NCBI GenBank assembly: GCA_030390025.1
Contig: CM059431.1
Location: 97,342,001 to 97,406,000 of the forward strand
Source: Squalus acanthias
Lineage: Eukaryota
DNA length: 64,000 nucleotides
Reading direction: 5' to 3'
The stretch's first letter is position 1. Each line of letters starts with the position of its first letter. The notes below the pieces were generated by a model. That model was not told the DNA's origin. It did no database searches and saw only the letters and a list, made by a program, of their open reading frames with translations. Shown here in pieces: positions 1 to 12,700 of this stretch. Both the position numbers and the translations under genes were made by a program.

Positions 1-200
1 AGGGTGGTGGAGGCAGATTCAATCGTATCTTTCAAAAGGGAATTGGATAAGTACTTCAAGGGAAAAAATTTGCAGGGCTACTGGGAAAGGGCGGGGGAGT
101 GGGACTAGCTGAAGTGCTCTTGCAGAGATCCGGCACGGGCTCGATGGGCCAAATGGCCTCCTTCTGTGCTGTAACCATTCTATGATTCTATGATTCTATG
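1..200 (+). mobile_element. 3' end of a CR1-type LINE
   Basis: ORF2 C-terminal-like sequence (VVEADSIVSFKRELDKY), 3' UTR motif ggctcgatgggccaaatggcctccttctgtgc and terminal (attctatg)3 repeat typical of CR1 tails; cut by window edge. Confidence 0.85.
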
Positions 201-2522
201 GGATGTGGGCATCGCTGGCAAGGCCTGCATTTATTGCCCATCCCTAGTTGCCCTTGAGAAGGTGGTGGTGAGCCACCTTCTTGAACCACTGCAGTCCGTG
301 TGGTGAAGGTGCTCCCACAGTGCTGTTAGGGAGGGAGTTCCAGGATTTTGACCCAGCGATGATGAAGGAATGGCAATATACTTCCAAGTCAGGATGGTGT
401 GTGACTGGGAGGGAAACTTGGAGGTAGTGGTGTTCCCATGTGCCTGCTGTCCTTGTCCTTCTAGATGGAAGAGGTCATGGGTTTGGGAGGTGCTGCCGAA
501 GAAGCCTTGGCGAGTTGCTGCAGTGCATCTTGTAGATGGTAAACACTGCAGCCACGGTACGCCAAAGGTGGAGGGAGTGAATGTTTAAGGTGGTGGATGG
601 GGTGCCAATCAAGTGGGCTGCTTTGTCTTGGATGGTGTCGAGCTTCTTGAGTGTTGTTGGAGCTGCACTCATCCAGGCAAGTGGAGAGTATTCCATCACA
701 CTCCTGACTTGTGCCTTGTAGATGGTGGAAAGGCTTTGGGGAGTCAGGAGATGAGACACTCGCCGCAGAATACCCAGCCTCTGATCTGCTCTTGTTGCCA
801 CAGTATTTATGTGGCTGGTCCAATTAAATTTCTGGTCAATGGTGACCCCCAGGATATTGATGGTGGGAGATTCGGCGATGGTAATGCCGTTGAATATCAA
901 GGGGCGGTGGTTAGACGCTTGCTTTTTGGAGATAGTCATTGCCTGGCACTTGTGTGGCGTGAATGTTACCTGCCACTTATCAGCCCAAGCCTGAATGTCT
1001 TGTGGCATGCGGGCATGGACTGTTTCATTATCTGAGGAGTTGCGAATGGCACTGAGCACTGTGCAGTCATCAGCGAACATCCCCACTTCTGACCTTATGA
1101 TGGAGGGAAGGTCATTGATCAAGCAGCTGAAGATGGTTGGGCCTAGGACACTGCCCTGAGGAACTCCTGCAGCGATGTCCTGGGGCTGTAATGATTGACC
1201 TCCAACCACCACAACCATCTTCCTTTGTGTTAGGTATGACTCCAGCCAGTGGAGAGTTTCCCCCCCCAATTCCCATTGACTTCAGTTTTCCTAGGGCTCC
1301 TTGATGCCACACTTGGTCAAATGCTGCCTTGATGTCAAGGGCAGTTACTTTCACCTCACCTCTGGAATTCAACTCTTTTGTCCATGTTTTGGACCAAGGC
1401 TGTAATGAGGTCTGGAGCCGAGTGGTCCTGGTGGAACCCAAACTGGGCATCAGTGAGCAGATTATTGGTGAGTAAGTGCTGCTTGATAGCACTGTCGACA
1501 CCTTCCATGACTTTGCTGATGATTGAGAGTAGACTGATGGTGCGGTAATTGGCCGGATTGGATTTGTCCTGCTTGTTGTGGACAGGACATACCTGGGCAG
1601 TTTTCCACATTGTTGGATAGATGCCAGTGTTATAGCTGTACTGGAACAACTTGGCTAGAGGCACGGCTAGTTCTGGAGCACAAGTCTTCAGCACGATAGC
1701 CGGGATGTTGTATGGGCCCATAGCCTTTCCTGTATCCAGTGCGCTCAGCCGTTTCTTAATATCATGTGGAGTGAATCGAATTGGCTGAAGACTGGCTTCT
1801 GTGGTGGTGGGGACCTCAGGAGGAGGCCGATATGGATCATCCACTCAGCACTTCTGGCTGAAGATGGTTGCAAACGCTTCAGCCTTGTCTTTTGCACTCA
1901 CGTGCTGGGCTCCACCATCATTGAGGATGGGGATATTCATGGAGCCTCCTCCTCCTGTTAATTGTTTAATGGTCCACCACTATTGACGACTGGATGTGGC
2001 AGGACTGCAGAGCTTTGATCTGATCCGTTGATTGAGGGATCACTTAGCTCTGTCTATAGCATGCATGCTGCTTCCGCTTTTTAGCATGCATGTAGTCCTG
2101 TGTTGCAGCTTCCCCAGTTTGCCACCTCATTTATAGGTATGCCTGGTGCTGCTCCTGGCATGCTCTTCTACACTCCTTATTGAACCAGGGTTGGTTGCCT
2201 GACTTGATGGTAATGGTAGAGTGAGGGATATGCCGGGTCATGAGGTTACAGATTGTGGTGGAATACAATTCTGCTGCTGCTGATGGCCCACAGTGCCTCA
2301 TGGATGCCCAGTTTTGAGCTGCTCGATCTGTTCTGAATCTATCCCATTTAGCACGGTGGTAGTGCCACACAACACAATGGAGGGTGTCCTCAGTGTGAAG
2401 ACGGGACTTCGTCTGCACAATGACTGTGCGGTGGTCACTGCTACCAATACTGTCATGGACAGATGCAACTGCGACAGGTAGATTGGTGAGGACGAGGTCA
2501 AGTAGGTTTTTCCCTCGTGTTG
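200..2522 (-). mobile_element. 5'-truncated, frameshifted CR1/L2-group non-LTR retrotransposon (end of APE endonuclease plus RT)
   Basis: ORF pieces 2131-2418, 1356-1844 (KAMGPYNIP, NYRTISLLS, QFGF) and 475-1269 (GVPQGSVLGP, FADD); endonuclease tail TRGKNLLDLVLTN near 2520. Confidence 0.9.
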
Positions 2523-2874
2523 ATAATTCATGTGAAACTTAAAATCAAATAAGCTTCTGAAAATCAACTAGTGCCCACAAACTGAAATTATGTTATAAAT
2601 TCAACACTTGTATTCAGAAATATAAATGCATTTTCTGTTGCAAGGTTTTTACGGGAAAGGAATCATTTATTTCATGTCTTGTGAGTCTAGACGAGGGATG
2701 AGTCTAAAAACAGCAGGGGCTAACACACAGGTTCTACCTCGGAAATAAAAGATTGATAACAGTATGAATATGAAACTTTACCGAATAAAGCTGTTAAAAT
2801 TTAATCTTCAGCTGGTTTGAAATCATTTGGAAAAAGAAACTCAGAAAATCTGTCACAGTGTGAGAGAAGAGACA

Positions 2875-3232
2875 TTACACACCGCACGATTTACACACCG
2901 CACGATTTACACACCGCTCGATTTACACACCGCACGATTTACACACCGCACGATTTACACTTGTACCGATTTACACCCCCCGATTTACACCCCCCCCGAT
3001 TTACACACCGCACGATTTACACCCCCCCCCCCGATTTACACACCGCACGGTTTACACTTGTACCGATTTACACCCCCCGATTTACACCCCCCGATTTACA
3101 CCCCCCGATTTACACCCCCCGATTTACACCCCCCCGATTTACACACCGCACGATTTACACACCCCGATTTACACACCGCTCAATTTACACCCCCCGATTT
3201 ACACTCGGACCGATTTACGCCCCCGATTTACA
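2875..3232 (+). repeat. Short degenerate tandem array of ~13-16 bp units (cgatttacacaccgca / cgatttacacccc), reverse complement of the large downstream satellite
   Basis: Repeated gatttaca core on the + strand versus tgtaaatc core downstream. Confidence 0.9.
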
Positions 3233-3295
3233 TTTCTATTGAATTCACTGTAAAGTTAAATCGGGTGGGTGTGCAAATCGGGTGGATTTTTTAAT

Positions 3296-3708
3296 ATTTC
3301 ACGGGACGTGGAGGTCGCTGGCAAGGCCAGCATTTATTGTCCATCCCTAATTGCCCGCAAGAAGGTGGTGGTGAGCCGGCTCTTGAGTACAACTGAATGG
3401 CTTGCTAGGCCATTTCAGAGGGCTGTTAAAAGCCAACCACATTGCTGTGGGTCTGGAGTCACATGTAGGCTAGACCGGGTAAGGATGGCAGATTTCCTTC
3501 GCTAAAGGAGATGAGCGAACCAGATTGGTTTTATACAACAATCCAGTAGTGTTCATGGTCACCATTACTGATACTAGCTTTTTATTCCAGATTTATTTAA
3601 TTGAATTTAAATTCCCCAGCTGCCATGGTGGGATTTGAACTCATGATCATGAATCCAGGCCTCGGGATTAACTAGTCCAGTAACATAACCACTATGCTAC
3701 CGTACCCC
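3296..3708 (-). mobile_element. tRNA-derived SINE with Deu-type central domain (SacSINE1-like DeuSINE)
   Basis: Minus strand head ggggtacggtagcatagtggtt (A box) ... gagttcaaatccc (B box); central ccttacccggtctagcctacatgtgactccagacccacagcaatgtggttg...ccctctgaaatggcctagcaagcc recognised as Deu-like; 3' tail matches the LINE end at ~200-275. Confidence 0.8.
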
Positions 3709-3711
3709 ATA

Positions 3712-6700
3712 AGTTGGGTGGGATGTAAATCAGGGGGTGTAAATCGGGCAGTGTAAATTGGGCAGGTTGTAAATCAGATGGGGTGTAAATCGGGGGATGT
3801 AAATCGGGATGTGTAAATTGTGCGTGTGTAAATTGTGTGTGTGTAAATAGTGTGTGTAAATCGGGGCGGGGGGTAAATCGGGCGTTGTGTAAATCGGGGT
3901 GTGTAAATTGGGCGTGTGTAAATCGGGCGGGATGTAAATCGGACGTGTGTAAATCGGACAGGAGTAAATTGGTCTTGTGTAAATCGGGCGTGTATAAATC
4001 GGGCGTGTGTAAATCGGGCGGGATGTAAATCGGGCGTGTGTAAATCGGGTGTGTGTAAATCAGGCGTGTGTAAATCGGGCGTGTGTAAATCGGGCGTGTG
4101 TAAATCGGGTGTGTGTAAATCGGGCGTGTTTAAATCGGGCGTGTGTAAATCGGGCGTGTGTAAATCGGGCGTGTGTAAATCGGGTGTGTGCTGATCAGGC
4201 GTGTGTAAATCGGGTGTGTGTAAATCGGGTGTGTGAAAATCGGGCGTGTGTAAATCGGGCGTGTGTAAATCGGGCGTGTGTAAATCGGGCGTGTGTAAAT
4301 CGGGCGTGTGTAAATCGGGCGTCTGTAAATCGGGCGGGTTGTAAATCAGGTGTGTGTAAATCAGGTGTGTGTAAATCACGCTTGTGTAAATCAGGCGTGT
4401 GTAAATCAGGTGTGTGTAAATCACGCTTGTATAAATCAGGCGTGTGTAAATCACGCTTGTGTAAATCAGGTGTGTGTAAATCACGCTTGTGTAAATCAGG
4501 TGTGTGTAAATCACGCTTGTGTAAATCAGGCGTGTGTAAATCACGCTTGTGTAAATCAGGTGTGTGTAACTCACGCTTGTGTAAATCAGGTGTGTGTAAA
4601 TCAGGCGTGTGTAAATCACGCTTGTGTAAATCAGGCGTGTGTAAATCAGGCGTGTGTAAATCAGGCGTGTGTAAATCACGCTTGTGTAAATCAGGTGTGT
4701 GTAAATCACGCTTGTGTAAATCAGGCGTGTGTAAATCAGGCGTGTGTAAATCAGGTGTGTGTAAATCACGCTTGTGTAAATCAGGTGTGTGTAAATCACG
4801 CTTGTGTAAATCAGGCGTGTGTAAATCACGCTTGTGTAAATCAGGCGTGTGTAAATCAGGCGTCTGTAAATCAGGCGTGTGTAAATCACGCTTGTGTAAA
4901 TCAGGTGTGTGTAAATCACGCTTGTGTAAATCAGGCGTGTGTAAATCACGCTTGTGTAAATCAGGCGTGTGTAAATCAGGCGTGTGTAAATCACGCTTGT
5001 GTAAATCAGGTGTGTGTAAATCAAGCGTGTGTAAATCACGCTTGTGTAAATCATGCTTGTGTAAATCGGGCGTGTGTAAATCGGGCGTGTGTAAATCACG
5101 CTTGTGTAAATCAGGCTTGTGTAAATCAGGCGTGTGTAAATCACGCTTGTGTAAATCAGGTGTGTGTAAATCACGCTTGTGTAAATCATGCTTGTGTAAA
5201 TCGGGCGTGTGTAAATCAGGCGTGTGTAAATCGGGTGTGTGTAAATCAGGCGTGTGTAAATCGGGTGTGTGTAAATCGGGCGTGTGTAAATCACGCTTGT
5301 GTAAATCAGGCGTGTGTAAATCAGGCGTGTGTAAATCGGGCGTGTGTAAATCACGCTTGTGTAAATGAGGCGTGTGTAAATCAGGCGTGTGTAAATCAGG
5401 CGTGTGTAATTCAGGCGTGTGTAAATCGGGCGTGTGTAAATCGGGCGTGTGTAAATCACGCTTGTGTAAATCAGGCGTGTGTAAATCAGGCGTGTGTAAA
5501 TCAGGCGTGTGTAAATCACGCTTGTGTAAATCAGGCGTGTGTAAATCAGGCGTGTGTAAATCAGGCGTGTGTAAATCACGCTTGTGTAAATCAGGCGTGT
5601 GTAAATCACACTTGTGTAAATCATGCTTGTGTAAATCGGGCGTGTGTAAATCAGGCGTGTGTAAATCGGGCGTGTGTAAATCACGCTTGTGTAAATCAGG
5701 CGTGTGTAAATCACGCTTGTGTAAATCAGGCGTGTGTAAATCAGGCATGTGTAAATCACGCTTGTGTAAATCAGGCGTGTGTAAATCAGGCGTGTGTAAA
5801 TCACGCTTGTGTAAATCAGGCGTGTGTAAATCACGCTTGTGTAAATCATGCTTGTGTAAATCGGGCGTGTGTAAATCAGGCGTGTGTAAATCGGGCGTGT
5901 GTAAATCACGCTTGTGTAAATCAGGCGTGTGTAAATCATGCTTGTGTAAATCATGCTTGTGTAAATCGGGCGTGTGTAAATCAGGCGTGTGTAAATCGGG
6001 CGTGTGTAAATCATGCTTGTGTAAATCAGGCGTGTGTAAATCACGCTTGTGTAAATCGGGCGTGTGTAAATCAGGCGTGTGTAAATCGGGCATGTGTAAA
6101 TCATGCTTGTGTAAATCGGGCGTGTGTAAATCAGGCGTGTGTAAATCACGCTTGTGTAAATCATGCTTGTGTAAATCAGGCGTGTGTAAATCTGGCGTGT
6201 GTAAATCGGGCATGTGTAAATCACGCTTGTGTAAATCATGCTTGTGTAAATCACGCTTGTGTAAATCATGCTTGTGTAAATCACGCGTGTGTAAATCAGG
6301 CTTGTGTAAATCGGGCGTGTGCAATTCAGGCGTGTGTAAATCGGGCGTGTGTAAATCGGGCGTGTGTAAATCGGGCGGGTTGTAAATCGGGCTTGTGTAA
6401 ATCGGGCGTGTGTAAATCGGGCGTGTGTAAATCGGGCGTGTGTAAATCAGGCGTGTGTAAATCGGGCATGTGTAAATCAGGCGTGTGTAAATCGGGCGGG
6501 TATAAATCGGGCATGTGTAAATCGAGCGTGTGTAAATCGGGCGTGTGTAAATCAGGCGTATGTAAATCGGGGGGAGTAAATCGGGCGTGTTTAAATTGGG
6601 CGGGGTGTAAATCGGGCGTGTTTAAATTGGTCGGGGTGTAAATCGGGCGTGTGTAAATCGGGCGGGTGTAAATTGGGCGTGTGCTGATCGGGCGTATTTA

Positions 6701-9700
6701 AATTGGGCGGGGTGTAAATCGGGCGTGTTTAAATTGGGCGGGGTGTAAATCGGGCGTGTGTAAATCGGGTGTGTGTAAAACGGGCGTGTTTAAATCGGGC
6801 GTGTGCAAATCGGGCGTGTGTAAATCGGGCGTGTGTAAATCGGGTGTGTGCTGATCAGGCGTGTGTAAATTGGGTGTGTGCAAATCGGGTGTGTGTAAAT
6901 CGGGCGTGTGTAAATCGGGCGTGTGTAAATCGGGCGTGTGTAAATCGGGTGTGTGTAAATCGGGCGTGTGTAAATCGGGCGGGTGTAAATTGGGCGTGTG
7001 CTGATCGGGCGTGTTTAAATTGGACGGGGTGTAAATCGGGCGTGTTTAAATTGGGCGGGGTGTAAATCGGGCGTGTGTAAATCGGGTGTGTGTAAATTGG
7101 GCGTGTTTAAATCGGGCGTGTGTAAATCGGGCGTGTGTAAATTGGGCGTGTGTAAATCGGGTGTGTGCTGATCAGGCGTGTGTAAATCGGGTGTGTGTAA
7201 ATCGGGCGTGTGTAAATCGGCTTGTGTAAATCGGGCGTGTGTAAATCGGGCGTCTGTAAATCGGGCGGGTTGTAAATCAGGCGTGTGTAAATCAGGTGTG
7301 TGTAAATCAGGCGTGTGTAAATCGGGCGGGTTGTAAATCAGGCATGTGTAAATCAGGCATGTGTAAATCGGGTGTGTGTAAATCGGGCGTGTGTAAATCG
7401 GGTGTGTGTAAATCGGGCATGTGTAAATCAGGTGTGTGTAAATCAGGTGTGTGTAAATCGGGTGTGTGTAAATCAGGTGTGTGTAAATCGGGTGTGTGTA
7501 AATCAGGCGTGTGTAAATCAGGTGTGTGTAAATCAGGTGTGTGTAAATCGGTGTGTGTAAATCAGGCGTGTGTAAATCAGGCGTGTGTAAATCGGGCATG
7601 TGTAAATCACGCTTGTGTAAATCAGGCGTGTGTAAATCAGGTGTGTGTAAATCAGGCGTGTTAAATCAGGTGTGTGTAAATCAGGTGTGTGTAAATCGGG
7701 TGTGTGTAAATCAGGCGTGTGTAAATCAGGTGTGTGTAAATCACGCTTGTGTAAATCAGGCGTGTGTAAATCACGCTTGTGTAAATCAGGTGTGTGTAAA
7801 TCACGCTTGTGTAAATCAGGAGTGTGTAAATCAGGCGTGTGTAAATCAGGCGTGTGTAAATCAGGCGTGTGTAAATCACGCTTGTGTAAATCAGGAGTGT
7901 GTAAATCAGGCGTGTGTAAATCACGCTTGTGTAAATCAGGCTTGTGTAAATCAGCCGTGTGTAAATCACGCTTGTGTAAATCAGGCGTGTGTAAATCACG
8001 CTTGTGTAAATCATGCTTGTGTAAATCGGGCATGTGTAAATCGGGTGTGTGTAAATCGGGTGTGTGTAAATCGGGCGTGTTTAAATCAGGCGTGTGCAAA
8101 TCGGGCATGTGTAAATCGGGCGTGTGTACATCGGGCGTGTGTAAATCACGCTTGTGTAAATCAGGCGTGTGTAAATCAAGCGTGTGTAAATCAGGCGTGT
8201 GTAAATCAGGCGTGTGTAAATCACGCTTGTGTAAATCAGGCGTGTGTAAATCACGCTTGTGTAAATCAGGCGTATGTAAATCACACTTGTGTAAATCAGG
8301 CGTGTGTAAATCAGGCGTGTGTAAATCAGGCTTGTGTAAATCACGCTTGTGTAAATCAGGCGTGTGTAAATCACGCTTGTGTAAATCATGCTTGTGTAAA
8401 TCCGGCGTGTGTAAATCAGGCGTGTGTAAATCGGGCGTGTGTAAATCACGCTTGTGTAAATCAGGCGTGTGTAAATCACGCTTGTGTAAATCAGGCATGT
8501 GTAAATCAGGCGTGTGTAAATCACGCTTGTGTAAATCAGGCGTGTGTAAATCAGTCGTGTGTAAATCACGATTGTGTAAATCAGGCATGTGTAAATCACG
8601 CTTGTGTAAATCATGCTTGTGTAAATCGGGCGTGTGTAAATCAGGCGTGTGTAAATCGGGCGTGTGTAAATCATGCTTGTGTAAATCAGGCGTGTGTAAA
8701 TCACGCTTGTGTAAATCAGGCGTGTGTAAATCATGCTTGTGTAAATCAGGCGTGTGTAAATCATGCTTGTGTAAATCAGGCGTGTGTAAATCATGCTTGT
8801 GTAAATCAGGCGTGTGTAAATCATGCTTGTGTAAATCAGGCGTGTGTAAATCATGCTTGTGTAAATCAGGCGTGTGTAAATCACGCTTGTGTAAATCAGG
8901 CGTGTGTAAATCATGCTTGTGTAAATCAGGCGTGTGTAAATCATGCTTGTGTAAATCGGGCGTGTGCAATTCAGGAGTGTGTAAATCAGGCGTGTGTAAA
9001 TCGGGCGTGTGTAAATCGGGCGGGTTGCAAATCGGGCGTGTGTAAATCGGGCGTGTGTAAATCGGGCGTGTTTAAATCAGGCGTGTGTAAATCGGGCGTG
9101 TGTAAATCGGGCGTGTGTAAATCGGGCGTGTGCAAATCGGGCGGGTGTAAATTGGGCGTGTGTAAATCGCGCGTGTGCAAATCGGGCGTGTGTGAATCAG
9201 GCGTGTGTAAATCGGGCATGTGTAAATCAGGCGTGTGTAAATCGGGCGGGTATAAATCAGGCATGTGTAAATCGGGCGTGTGTAAATCGGGCGTGTGTAA
9301 ATCAGGCGTGTGTAAATCGGGGGGAGTAAATCGGGCGTGTTTAAATTGGGCGGGGTGTAAATCGGGCGTGTTTAAATTGGGCGGGGTGTAAATCGGGCGT
9401 GTGTAAATCGGGCGGGTGTAAATTGGGCGTGTGCTGATCGGGCGTATTTAAATTGGGCGGGGTGTAAATCGGGCGTGTTTAAATTGGGCGGGGTGTAAAT
9501 CGGGCGTGTGTAAATCGGGTGTGTGTAAATCGGGCGTGTTTAAACCGGGCGCGTGTAAATCGGGCGTGTGTAAATCGGGCGTGTGTAAATCGGGTGTGTG
9601 CTGATCAGGCGTGTGTAAATCGGGTGTGTGTAAATCGGGTGTGTGTAAATCGGGCGTGTGTAAATCGGGCGTGTGTAAATCGGGCGTGTTTAAATCGGGC

Positions 9701-12700
9701 GTGTGTAAATCGGGCGTGTGTAAATCGGGCGTGTGTAAATCGGGTGTGTGCTGATCAGGCGTGTGTAAATCGGGTGTGTGTAAATCGGGTGTGTGTAAAT
9801 CGGGTGTGTGTAAATCAGGCGTGTGTAAATCGGGCGTGTGTAAATCGGGCGTGTGTAAATCGGGTGTGTGTAAATCGGGCGTGTGTAAATCGGGCGTGTG
9901 TAAATCGGGCATGTGTAAATCACGCTTGTGTAAATCAGGCGTGTGTAAATCAGGTGTGTGTAAATCAGGCGTGTTTAAATCAGGTGTGTGTAAATCAGGT
10001 GTGTGTAAATCGGGTGTGTGTAAATCAGGCGTGTGTAAATCAGGTGTGTGTAAATCACGCTTGTGTAAATCAGGCGTGTGTAAATCACGCTTGTGTAAAT
10101 CAGGTGTGTGTAAATCACGCTTGTGTAAATCAGGAGTGTGTAAATCAGGCGTGTGTAAATCAGGCGTGTGTAAATCAGGCGTGTGTAAATCACGCTTGTG
10201 TAAATCAGGCGTGTGTAAATCAGGCGTGTGTAAATCACGCTTGTGTAAATCAGGCTTGTGTAAATCAGGCGTGTGTAAATCACGCTTGTGTAAATCAGGG
10301 TGTGTAAATCACGCTTGTTGTAAATCAGGCTTGTGTAAATCGGGCATGTGTAAATCGGGTGTGTGTAAATCGGGTGTGTGTAAATCGGGCGTGTGTAAAT
10401 CAGGCGTGTGCAAATCGGGCTTGTGTAAATCGGGCGTGTGTACATCGGGCGTGTGTAAATCAGCTTGTGTAAATCAGGCGTGTGTAAATCAGCGTGTGTA
10501 AATCAGGCGTGTGTAAATCAGGCGTGTGTAAATCACGCTTGTGTAAATCAGGCGTGTGTAAATCACGCTTGTGTAAATCAGGGCGTATGTAAATCAGCTT
10601 GTGTAAATCAGGCGTGTGTAAATCAGGCGTGTGTAAATCAGGCTTGTGGAAATCACGCTTGTGTAAATCAGGCGTGTGTAAATCACGCTTGTGTAAATCA
10701 TGCTTGTGTAAATCGGCGTGTGTAAATCAGGCGTGTGTAAATCGGGCGTGTGTAAATCACGCTTGTGTAAATCAGGCGTGTGTAAATCACGCTTGTGTAA
10801 ATCAGGCATGTGTAAATCAGGCGTGTGTAAATCACGCTTGTGTAAATCAGGCGTGTGTAAATCAGGCGTGTGTAAATCACGCTTGTGTAAATCAGGCATG
10901 TGTAAATCACGCTTGTGTAAATCATGCTTGTGTAAATCGGGCGTGTGTAAATCAGGTGTGTGTAAATCGGGCGTGTGTAAATCATGCTTGTGTAAATCAG
11001 GCGTGTGTAAATCACGCTTGTGTAAATCAGGCGTGTGTAAATCATGCTTGTGTAAATCAGGCGTGTGTAAATCAGGCTTGTGTAAATCAGGCGTGTGTAA
11101 ATCATGCTTGTGTAAATCAGGCGTGTGTAAATCATGCTTGTGTAAATCAGGCGTGTGTAAATCAGGCGTGTGTAAATCAGGCGTGTGTAAATCACGCTTG
11201 TGTAAATCAGGCGTGTGTAAATCATGCTTGTGTAAATCAGGCGTGTGTAAATCATGCTTGTGTAAATCGGGCGTGTGCAATTCAGGCGTGTGTAAATCGG
11301 GCGTGTGTAAATCGGGCGTGTGTAAATCGGGCGGGTTGTAAATCGGGCGTGTGTAAATCGGGCGTGTGTAAATCGGGCGTGTTTAAATCAGGCGTGTGTA
11401 AATCGGGCGTGTGTAAATCGGGCGTGTGTAAATCGGGCGTGTGCAAATCGGGCGGGTGTAAATTGGGCGTGTGTAAATCGGGCGTGTGCAAATCGGGCGT
11501 GTGTAAATCAGGCGTGTGTAAATCGGGCATGTGTAAATCAGGCGTGTGTAAATCGGGCGGGTATAAATCGGGCATGTGTAAATCGGGCGTGTGTAAATCG
11601 GGCGTGTGTAAATCAGGCGTGTGTAAATCGGGGGGAGTAAATCGGGCGTGTTTAAATTGGGCGGGGTGTAAATCGGGCGTGTTTAAATTGGGCGGGGTGT
11701 AAATCGGGCGTGTGTAAATCGGGCGGGTGTAAATTGGGCGTGTGCTGATCGGGCGTATTTAAATTGGGCGGGGTGTAAATCGGGCGTGTTTAAATTGGGC
11801 GGGGTGTAAATCGGGCGTGTGTAAATCGGGTGTGTGTAAATCGGGCGTGTTTAAATCGGGCGCGTGTAAATCGGGCGTGTGTAAATCGGGCGTGTGTAAA
11901 TCGGGTGTGTGCTGATCAGGCGTGTGTAAATCGGGTGTGTGTAAATCGGGTGTGTGTAAATCGGGCGTGTGTAAATCGGGCGTGTGTAAATCGGGCGTGT
12001 TTAAATCGGGCGTGTGTAAATCGGGCGTGTGTAAATCGGGCGTGTGTAAATCGGGTGTGTGCTGATCAGGCGTGTGTAAATCGGGTGTGTGTAAATCGGG
12101 TGTGTGTAAATCGGGTGTGTGTAAATCAGGCGTGTGTAAATCGGGCGTGTGTAAATCGGGCGTGTGTAAATCGGGTGTGTGTAAATCGGGCGTGTGTAAA
12201 TCGGGCGTGTGTAAATCGGGCGTGTGTAAATCGGGCGTGTGTAAATCGGGCGTGTGTAAATCGGGCGTGTGTAAATCGGGCGTCTGTAAATCGGGCGGGT
12301 TGTAAATCAGGCGTGTGTAAATCAGGTGTGTGTAAATCAGGCGTGTGTAAATCAGGGCGGTTGTAAATCAGGCGTGTGTAAATCAGGCGTGTGTAAATCG
12401 GCGTGTGTAAATCAGGCGTGTGTAAATCGGGCGTGTGTAAATTCGGGCGTGTGTAAATCAGGGTGTGTGTAAATCGGCGTGTGTAAATCAGGCGTGTGTA
12501 AATCGGGCGTGTGTAAATCGGGTGTGTGTAAATCAGGGCGTGTGTAAATCAGGGCGTGTGTAAATCAGGTGTGTGTAAATCCGGCGTGTGTAAATCAGGG
12601 CGGGTGTAAATCGGCGTGTGTAAATCAGGCGTGTGTAAATCAGGCGTGTGTAAATCAGTGTGTGTAAATCTCGCTTGTGTAAATCTGGCGTGTGTAAATC

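Noticed and set aside
2523..2874. AT-rich non-repetitive stretch as host exon or promoter
   Set aside because: No ORF, splice or motif evidence I can support
3630..3708. tRNA gene
   Set aside because: A and B boxes belong to the SINE head; no convincing cloverleaf
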